64,000 nt of DNA from an uncultured virus (IMG/VR IMGVR_UViG_3300043803_002450) (Duplodnaviria; Heunggongvirae; Uroviricota; Caudoviricetes), in the IMG/VR virus record IMGVR_UViG_3300043803_002450, one strand, 5' to 3'. The notes below the pieces were generated by a model. That model made no database searches. It saw only the letters and a list, made by a program, of their open reading frames with translations, and was not told the DNA's origin. Position 1 is the first letter of the stretch; every line of letters begins with the position of its first letter. The position numbers were made by a program, and so were the translations under genes. This document shows, one piece after another, positions 1 through 8,300 of the stretch.

Positions 1-115
1 GCGTGGTGGTCTCCAGCATCTCAAGGTCGGCCTGCAGGGACCAGTTGGTAACCTTCACCTGCGTGGTGCCCGCGATGCTGAGGGTGCCGTCTTTGCCGGT
101 GTAGTACTTGCTCAT
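1..115 (-). CDS. Partial minor tail / tail-tube-like protein (5' end only; runs off window)
   Basis: ATG at 115 overlaps the stop of the upstream gene; reads MSKYYTGKDGTLSIAGTTQVKVTNWSLQADLEMLETTT, resembling tail-tube-fold N-termini. Confidence 0.6.
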   Translation of the reverse strand, partial: MSKYYTGKDGTLSIAGTTQVKVTNWSLQADLEMLETTT

Positions 116-489
116 GATGTGGTCACTACCAGGCGGATGGTTACGGTGCTACGACCGGGCTTGACGCTGGCAATATCCGGGGGCTCTGCATAACGATAAC
201 GCAGCCCTGATTGTGGTACAAAAGTAGAGCTGCTGCCGGTCCAGCCGGCTTTGGCGTTGTCGGGCAGGTCGAAGGCGGAGAAGGTGCCTTTGGTGGTGTC
301 GTAGCTGGAGATGAAGAGGTCGGCGTCTGCGTCGCTGATGTTCTGGTAGGTCAGTTCCAGCGTGCCACCGACGCGCTTGTTGCCGTAGAGGATGCGGGAT
401 TCGGCGCCGCTTTGCGTGCGAAACAACTTAACCGGGTAGTCGCCCGGATTGAAAGTGCGGCTCGATGGTCGGAGGTTTGGCAGGGTCAT
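112..489 (-). CDS. Minor tail protein (distal-tail-like)
   Basis: 125 aa, translationally coupled downstream of the tail-tip gene; size and position fit a distal tail protein. Confidence 0.6.
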   Translation of the reverse strand: MTLPNLRPSSRTFNPGDYPVKLFRTQSGAESRILYGNKRVGGTLELTYQNISDADADLFISSYDTTKGTFSAFDLPDNAKAGWTGSSSTFVPQSGLRYRYAEPPDIASVKPGRSTVTIRLVVTTS

Positions 490-3400
490 CAGTCAGGTGC
501 CAGGTCGCTTACCACCGTGAATCCATTGTAAGAAGGCTTGAGTTCATTAGCGACCACGCTGTAGCCATTTTCGTCGATGGGGAAATAGCTGGCGCTGATG
601 CGTGCCAGACCTTCTTCGTCAAGGTCGATGGAATCGACCATGTAGACAAGCGAGCGCGTTGTTGTGTCTTTGATGGCAAAGATTGAGCCGAACAGTTTAT
701 TTGCTTTGGGCTGGCCATCGACAATGCTGATGGTGAGCGTGTCTTCGTTGACCTCGTTGTCGTTGCGGTCCCAGTAGTACACCTGCACGCTCTGGCCGTT
801 GGTGAGCTGGGCGGGCGTGATGATGGCGCCATTGTCTTTGATGATGCCGGACGCGCCAGGCTGGACGTAGCTGGCTTGTGTCACCACGCGGATGAAATCG
901 CCGGGCGCCAGGCCGAGGCCGTAGGGCAGCGTCTGGAAGCTGACCACATGGGTGCGGTGACGGCGGGCGCTCAGGGCGTACTTGGCGAACAGTTCGGCGT
1001 GGTAGCGGCTGGTGATGTGGGTGAAGTTGAACTCCTCCAGCGGGCCGTTGGGCTGGTCCGTGTAGTACACGACCGCTGTTTGTTCTTGAGGGAAACGGTT
1101 CGGTAGTTCCGTGCGGTAGCGCACCATGGCACGAATGGGGAGACGCTCTTGGGCTTGAATGTACTCAAGCTGGAACGAGTCTTCGATGATGTTGCCTTCG
1201 GTGAAGATGCCCGAGATGGGCACCTTGACATCGAACATCGTGTAGTTGCGAGTGGTGTCGATGGGGAGGGCGGGTTCGATTGAAAACTTGCCGCCGCGCA
1301 TGACGAGGTTGCAAAGCAGCGAGGTGCTGATGCGTGCCAGGAATTCGCGCAGGTTTTGCGGTTCGACGATCACGTCGTCGTAATACAAGTAGTTGGCTTC
1401 CAGGAACATTGCCGTGCGGGCAAACTGAGCCTTGTCGATGAGGTCAGAGCTGATCAGCTCGCCAGCTCCCGTTTGGATGTTGGTGAGTAGGTAGTAGGCG
1501 AGGTCAGTGAAAATGTTGGAGGAGCTAGTGGTTTCAACAATGTTGCCGTTGCTGGTCAGGCGCAGATTGGTAACGCTGATGCCGTTCTTTGCGTAAATGT
1601 GAAGCTGTTCCAGTTGGTTCAGTTCTGCTGTGCTGCGGAGCTTGAGGCCCGCCATGGCGCAGCCCGTGTACGTGGCCGGGCTGTTGTTGCGAACAGCCAC
1701 GGTTTCGTTGATGTAGACAATTTCGTGCTCTGGGCCGTTGTCGCAACTGCGTGAAATTAAATTTGCGTAGTGTGATACCTCGGCAATGCCTACATTGCCT
1801 TCAAATGTTCTTTCGCCGCCGAGGGTGGGCGGAGAACTGATGGGAACCGGCGCAACAATTTGGAAGTAATAGTCAATCGTGATGGCGGGATTTCGCAGAA
1901 GGCTACGAATGACAAAGACTTCGTTGCCAGTCCAACTGCCGGTCAACTGCAAAATTTCGATGTTGTCTGGCTCTACAATTTCCCACCAGTGACTCAGGAA
2001 GTTTGTAGCTGTTATGTTTTCTGGCGTGGTGTACAAGCGCAGCTTCATCTTTAGTCGCACAACGCGACCACCCTGGTCGTAGCGAAATGCGGTGCTATCG
2101 GATTCCGAAAATGTGTAAATGCCACCAACGTTGAAGGGGAAGTATGTGATAACTGGAGTGCCATGGAAAGTGTTGTGTTCGGCTCCTCGTGGATCGGGAT
2201 CTTTGTCGATGGCTTTAGCGATACCGTTGCTGATACGGAATCCATTTGCGTTTATGTCCAACGCATCCGAGGCTACTGCCTTAAGGAACCGGACACGCGA
2301 TGGGGGAGGAGTGTATGTTGAGGCCCCTCCTTGATACACGGGATTGCTGATCATTTCCGGCGCCAGTGCCAGCTCTTTTACGCTGGCAGGCTTTGCCATC
2401 ATGTACAGCGTGAACAGCCCGTAGTTTGTTGTTTTTGTTTGCGAAATGTACTGGCCTTCAGCATAAGGAACGGCGCCTTCTACATAAAGTCTGTAGCAGG
2501 GGCCTTCTACGGTTATGCCATTGATGGTTGCTTTTGTGTAGGAACCGTCGGCATTGCGTATTTGATTGATTTCGCCTGAGGTGACAGGACGCAGTCTGAA
2601 TTCGTACTGCCCGAATCCATGGGCAATGCGGATAAAGTTGAACTGATCTTGCGGGGCTGATCCAACCACCGCAAAGGGATGGTCATTTAGTTTTTCCCAG
2701 CCCTGATTAAAAGCATATGACTGGTTTGCAGGCCTGACGTAGACGTCAAAAAACGAGGCTCGCTGTATATACGACTGGTTTGTCCCAGCGGTTAGTGCAA
2801 TGTTCTGAACGTCGTAATCCCGTAGTTTTGTTACGTTGGGAACTGATTTAAAATTGCAGATGCCGTTTAGTTTGTTCCAGACATTGCTTTTGATGCCTAT
2901 TTCAGTGACGTTACAGCTACGGCTATTTTGGAACGATGCAATGTCAGCTTTGCAGATTGGGAACCAGGCTTGGCCGATGTCATAGATTGCCCCGTCTGGC
3001 CCTTCTGGGAGATTGGTTTCGGTGTTGACAAAGCCACGGTGACAGACGCCGACCTTCCCGACTGTCCCATCGAAGACTTCTTTGCATACCAAGGTAACAG
3101 TGCGAGGCTGTAAGTCGCTGCGATCGTATATTGTATTGGCTGGATTTCTGGCGGTAACTTGAAAAATACAGTTACCAATCATCCATTTGGTGCCGATCTT
3201 TAGTAAGTCATCTTGCTGTTCGTGTTCGGCTTGGATGGCATCGCGGACTTGTCGGTTGTCCACGGCATTAACGTCGGGGTTGGCATACAAAAAGCCATCA
3301 CCTGTGTTGCGGTTTTTATTTGCAACAATGTTGGGGTTGTTGTTGTCGTAGTAAAGCTCGTCCCTGACGCGCCCCTCGTTGTAGATGATCGTGATTTGAT

Positions 3401-4598
3401 CGCCTACTTGCGTGTCTACTTTTAAGCCTTGGCTTCGATCGCCTGGTGCAGTTGTCACCTGACCATTTCTTATGTGCTCAACAATTCCGAACTGGCGTGC
3501 ATAGTTGCGTCCCACACCAGCCATCTTGGGGTTGCCGGCGATCTGGAAGCGCTTGGCAACTGGGGTTTGACCAGCCTGTTCTGAGGATGCGCCGGGATAG
3601 GGCACGATTTCCCAGTTAAGGCGGTAGGGCGTGCCGTTCGGCAAGCCGTTGTACACGCCAAAAACGGCGCGATTAGTCAAGGAATAAGCATGGCTAAACC
3701 CTGTGCTTTCCAGGCCGCTAAATGTGTGGTTTCTAAATGCGTTGTCGCGTTCGCCTTCGCCAATCCAGAAATCTCCATAGCGGCGATGGAGTCCCAGAAG
3801 CCTGCTTTGCCCCGTTGTATTTTTGTTACCTTCAAATGTTGCCGGTCGATAGTCAGAGCTATTCGGTACTGGCTCACCGCCGGAGTAGTAATACCAGCGG
3901 AAGTCAGATTCCTGGAGTGCATCAAGAGGAGCTTGGCCGATGTAGATACCAGCGCGGTCTTCGTTGCGGGCTGCTTCTGTGTCGTATGGCCCTCTGGATA
4001 CAGGAGACTGCCCCAGCAAAAAGACCAAGTCGACGGACTGGTAGCTGCCGTGGGAGTACATGCGGCTCCACACCAGCTTGGGGGCGACCATGATGCCGCC
4101 GACGTAGGAAAAGTCGCTGCGGCTGGGAGGGAGCTGAACGTATTTTTGCCTGGCGAAGACAATGGGAATCGTTTCGCCGTAGCGGCTTAGTTCTTGGCTG
4201 GCCTGGAAGCCGTATGTCGGGGCGAAGCGGTCACGGCCGACGATGCTATCTAGTTGCCGGTTTTCAATCCCTTTGGGCGCCGATGGCGGTCTGGGCGCCA
4301 GCAGCAGCGAAAGGCCTTGGGAAACAACGCCGAGGACCAGTGAAATAATCGCAACAGTTAAAGCATCGTTTTGTACGTCTGGAATATGTGCGTACTCCGC
4401 CGGGCGTTCGCGGCTGAGCCAGTCGATGCGTTGCTTGAACTCGAGGTATTCCTGTTCTGTGCAACCCAGCTCTTGAATTAGCTGGCGCTCGTAGGGGAGC
4501 AGTTGCTGCGGTAGCAGCGGAGTGCAGGAAACGCCGTAAGCGGGTGCCAGGTGGCCGCTTGCAGACTGGCTGTTATGTAGAGGATGCCGTCCTGCCAA
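489..4598 (-). CDS. Tail tip / host-specificity protein (lambda J-like central fibre); start uncertain
   Basis: 1369 aa downstream of TMP, L-like and K-like genes; YGETIPIVF N-terminal motif; C-terminal hub region (GLGLAPGDFIRV). Confidence 0.8.
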   Translation of the reverse strand: MAGRHPLHNSQSASGHLAPAYGVSCTPLLPQQLLPYERQLIQELGCTEQEYLEFKQRIDWLSRERPAEYAHIPDVQNDALTVAIISLVLGVVSQGLSLLLAPRPPSAPKGIENRQLDSIVGRDRFAPTYGFQASQELSRYGETIPIVFARQKYVQLPPSRSDFSYVGGIMVAPKLVWSRMYSHGSYQSVDLVFLLGQSPVSRGPYDTEAARNEDRAGIYIGQAPLDALQESDFRWYYYSGGEPVPNSSDYRPATFEGNKNTTGQSRLLGLHRRYGDFWIGEGERDNAFRNHTFSGLESTGFSHAYSLTNRAVFGVYNGLPNGTPYRLNWEIVPYPGASSEQAGQTPVAKRFQIAGNPKMAGVGRNYARQFGIVEHIRNGQVTTAPGDRSQGLKVDTQVGDQITIIYNEGRVRDELYYDNNNPNIVANKNRNTGDGFLYANPDVNAVDNRQVRDAIQAEHEQQDDLLKIGTKWMIGNCIFQVTARNPANTIYDRSDLQPRTVTLVCKEVFDGTVGKVGVCHRGFVNTETNLPEGPDGAIYDIGQAWFPICKADIASFQNSRSCNVTEIGIKSNVWNKLNGICNFKSVPNVTKLRDYDVQNIALTAGTNQSYIQRASFFDVYVRPANQSYAFNQGWEKLNDHPFAVVGSAPQDQFNFIRIAHGFGQYEFRLRPVTSGEINQIRNADGSYTKATINGITVEGPCYRLYVEGAVPYAEGQYISQTKTTNYGLFTLYMMAKPASVKELALAPEMISNPVYQGGASTYTPPPSRVRFLKAVASDALDINANGFRISNGIAKAIDKDPDPRGAEHNTFHGTPVITYFPFNVGGIYTFSESDSTAFRYDQGGRVVRLKMKLRLYTTPENITATNFLSHWWEIVEPDNIEILQLTGSWTGNEVFVIRSLLRNPAITIDYYFQIVAPVPISSPPTLGGERTFEGNVGIAEVSHYANLISRSCDNGPEHEIVYINETVAVRNNSPATYTGCAMAGLKLRSTAELNQLEQLHIYAKNGISVTNLRLTSNGNIVETTSSSNIFTDLAYYLLTNIQTGAGELISSDLIDKAQFARTAMFLEANYLYYDDVIVEPQNLREFLARISTSLLCNLVMRGGKFSIEPALPIDTTRNYTMFDVKVPISGIFTEGNIIEDSFQLEYIQAQERLPIRAMVRYRTELPNRFPQEQTAVVYYTDQPNGPLEEFNFTHITSRYHAELFAKYALSARRHRTHVVSFQTLPYGLGLAPGDFIRVVTQASYVQPGASGIIKDNGAIITPAQLTNGQSVQVYYWDRNDNEVNEDTLTISIVDGQPKANKLFGSIFAIKDTTTRSLVYMVDSIDLDEEGLARISASYFPIDENGYSVVANELKPSYNGFTVVSDLAPD

Positions 4599-4858
4599 AC
4601 TGTCCCGAAAGCGTAATTCTTGTGTGGTAGAAGAACCACGTCTCCATCATACAAAGGATCTAGCACGCGGCGTCCCCAGCCGTGGATAGCCTTGAGGATT
4701 TGACGGGGTGGAGCGTCGTACCAGCAGGGGTCGAAGGCGGGGGTGGCGATGCCGAAGCGGTCGAGGGCTGTGTAGACGAGGTGGATGCAGTCGATGGCAC
4801 CATCAGACTCGGTGCCGTCTGCGCCTAGGCGGTAGGGGCGACCGATCAGGTCGTACAT
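4478..4858 (-). CDS. NlpC/P60-like tail assembly protein (lambda K-like)
   Basis: DLIGRPYRLGADG...IDCIHLV motif with the catalytic Cys; position in tail-tip module. Confidence 0.75.
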   Translation of the reverse strand: MYDLIGRPYRLGADGTESDGAIDCIHLVYTALDRFGIATPAFDPCWYDAPPRQILKAIHGWGRRVLDPLYDGDVVLLPHKNYAFGTVWQDGILYITASLQAATWHPLTAFPALRCYRSNCSPTSAS

Positions 4859-5346
4859 CAGCTCAGGCGGACTTGAGCAGTGGTAGGCAAGGGACCAAAC
4901 ACGTCTTCAGTAATGCGGCGCCTAGGCACGTCCCCACCAACGGCGTCGATGACAGAGGAAATCTCCAGGCGGAGTTCGGCGTCGCTCCAGATGGCGCCGG
5001 CCACTTGACCTGCGTAGGAGCTAAGCACGCGGTAGTCGGCCTTGTTGTCGGGGTTGAGCATCAGCATGTCCACCAGTACCACCCAACTACCATCGACCAG
5101 CGTGGAGGCCCAGCTACGGCTGAGCGAGTTGTTGGGCAGGGCAAGTTGCGTGGACTGGTTGTCGCCGCTGCGGTTGACCGTGACGCCCGAAAAGCCGAAG
5201 GGCAGAAAGCCGTGGGTGTTGCCGTTGTAGGCGACGTTTTCGTTGATCCAGAAGTTCTGGAAGTAGAGCGGGGATGCGCCATCCGTGCGGGGCTTGGCGG
5301 TCAGCATGTGACCCAGTGCTATTTCAGTTTTGAAGCTGGTGTCCAT
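4858..5346 (-). CDS. Minor tail protein (lambda L-like position)
   Basis: 162 aa directly after TMP with overlapping stop/start; FLPFGFSG motif. Confidence 0.65.
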   Translation of the reverse strand: MDTSFKTEIALGHMLTAKPRTDGASPLYFQNFWINENVAYNGNTHGFLPFGFSGVTVNRSGDNQSTQLALPNNSLSRSWASTLVDGSWVVLVDMLMLNPDNKADYRVLSSYAGQVAGAIWSDAELRLEISSVIDAVGGDVPRRRITEDVFGPLPTTAQVRLS

Positions 5347-8300
5347 CAGTTCATGCCGAGGCGGCTACGAGTGGCGCGGGACTGCTGCAGGCGGCGAAGG
5401 GTGCGCTGTTCGCCTTGCGTGGCACCTTGTTGGGCGGCTTGGGCCATGCCAGCGCGGAACTGGTCGGCGGTCACGTAATCAACGGAGTTGATGCGTTCCA
5501 CGGTGTAGCGCACGTCGATGGAAGAGGCATTCATTGCTGCCAAACCACTTGTCGGCCCTCCATCGCCTTCCCCATTGCCAGGGATCACCGCAGAACCACG
5601 AGCCCCCGAAGCATAGCGATTCATGGCTGAGCGCATTTTACTGGCTGGGATAATGTATTCAGCCTCGGAACCTTCGCCAACCAGTCCCAGGGTGGGGCCC
5701 GAAACAAAGCCGCCGTTAGCAAATGCCTGGAAGCCGCCAGACCAGTAAGCACCTTCGGCGGCTAATTTGGGCATACTGAAAGCGCCGGGATTGAAATTAA
5801 CCGGGCTCCCCGAGCCAAAAGCACCCGAGTGATTAGCGCCACTATACGAGAAGCCACCGCCTCCGCCAAAAAGCCCAAGAATTAGCTTGAGCGTGTACAT
5901 GACAAGCATTTGCGAAATGATTTGAGCTGCCATGTCAAAGAAATGATCGGCAATGCTTTGGAACATAGAAGACAGCGCTTCCTGCGTGGTTTGAGATCCA
6001 CTGGCAATGTCTCTAAATGCCTGGCCAAAAGCGGAACCAATTGCATTCGCTCCAGCGACAACTTGTTTTTCCACATTGGTCAAATCGTTCAATTTTTTCT
6101 GAGCATCAGCAATACCTTGGACGATTCCGTCTCCAGGCTTTGCTTTCGCGGCTTGTTCCGTACCTTGGGCCGTGCTTGCAATTCCCGCTCCTCTGCCCTC
6201 CAGATCCTGCCTAGCCTTTAGCGCATTGTTAAGGGCTTCCGTAAGACGATTGTATTCATCCGTTTCTCCTTTGGTCAAAGCAATGCCTTGTGCTTTGCGA
6301 AGATTAAAAACCTCAAGATCTGCAGACGCCTTGTTGACGACTTCATTGGCGAGCCTTAATGCTGTCGCGTAATCTTCTCTTAGTCGATCAGCCGTAATTT
6401 TTGCCTGGGCGGCTTCTTCTGAAAGTCCCCCAATAATTAGTTGATTCAGCTTTCTTCTATCTTCCGCGTCCCTTTGAGAAGATTGCAGTCTCTCCTGTAA
6501 AGCCAATGATTGCTTCAGGATTTCGTTAGTTAAAAGTTGAATTTGCGAAGCGGGAAGAGACCGTTGAAGATCAGCATTTGCCTTCCTATAAACTTCAATT
6601 TGCTGCGCCGCAATCGGATAGAGCTTTCCGTTTCTATCGACCTGCTTTGAAAGTTCGGCTATATTCTGATTGTTAAGCTTAATGGCGACAGCGGTTTTCA
6701 TTTCTTGCTCTGCATAGCTAGTCTGCGCCGCAAGAATTCCAGGAGAGGCGATGGAAGAAGTTAGCTCAAGCCGTCTTTGCAAAATTTGGTTTTGAAGCTC
6801 TTGCTCAGCAGTCGGTATCAGAGATGCCACGTAATTTTCAGTGGCCAATTGAAGACGCATGATCGTTTGCGCCTCTTGCTCTCTGCTTACGTTGATCTGA
6901 TTTTGCAAGGCGAGCTGTTCTTTCTGCTTGGCCACGACATCGCGCTTTTCGCTTCCCGGTACGCGCCTGGGAGCGCCCGCGCCAATGCCTTCCGACCGCC
7001 CGTGAAGAAACTGAAACTCCTCCCCGGACGGAAGCCTGAAACGTCGCTGTTCGCCGTGCGCAGTTGAAGCGCCTCCCATCCACTGAGCACCACCGGCCAG
7101 AGTGGCTGCAAAGCGTCCCTGGCCAAATGCATAGTCCCATCCATGACTGCCTCTTCTCTGGTGGCCAGCAAAAGTTCCCCCTGGAACTGTCGTACCGCTA
7201 GAAAGGGGCCGTCCATTAACTTGTACATAAGGATCGAGGTAGTTCCTGGGGAAATACCCGCCACCAACCTTTTTCACGTCGAAGTGAGGACCAGTGCTTG
7301 TGGGGCCGATATTTCCCTGTAAATATGCCCCCGAGACACTGCCACGCGCCTCCATGATTTGAGTAGAAGCCTTCAGCATCATTGACTGTTGGTCAGCCAA
7401 GATATTGAACACTTCTTTTTGAAAGCGGATGGTTTCCTTTTGAAAGCTGTTTGCTCGAGCCTCTTCTAAGTCATAGAAGAGATTCATCATTTTTACCCTG
7501 TGCTCGTGAGAGCTTTGAATGCGTTCAATCTCGGCTTGTGTGAAATTCTTGGCGAGTTGATCCTGAAGGCTGTAATAACTTTCAAGAGATGTTTTCTTTT
7601 GGTCTTCACCAGAAAAGGTAATCTTTTGCAATTGTTGTTCTGACTTTTGGCGCTCACGATCGGCCGCTCGTTGTGCCGCCTCCAAGGACTTTTGCGCAAG
7701 ACCTCGTTTCTCCAGGGCCGTAGCAAGTTTACTTTCCGCAAAAGCAATCCCTGTCTCTGGCGCAACTCGAGCCTGCCCAAAAATATCCTTGGCTCCAAAT
7801 TCTTTAAGAAATTGCCTTTCTTGTTGAGTTAGAGACTTCCACCCCATTGTCGCACCAACTCTCTGCATCTTTTGATAAGTTTGCAGCAGTCTTTCTGCAA
7901 TGATCACTTCGTTTTCTGCTTCTTGCCTTTTGCGGGCCAACCCCGGAATGTCTCCGATGTTTGCCATTTCATTCAACGTGTAAGCCAATTCTCTTGTTTT
8001 ACCCTTCGCATCGTTCGCCGCTTCTCCGATCCCGAAAATTTTTCCAATAACAAAATCAAGGCCAATAAGTACCGCTCCAACGAATAATCCAGTTATCGCG
8101 AGTTTGAGAGCGGCCACAGCAATTCGAGCAACACCGGAGGCAGCGGGAATCGCCATGAGACCGCCGATAAACTTGTAAACAGCATTTAACGCCGGCAAAA
8201 GGCCAACGCTGGTAAGCAGTGTAATGGCACCATTCAACACGGTGATGGCTGCGGTCGCAATAATTGCAAAGCGACCCAATGGAGAGGCGATAAACCTTAA

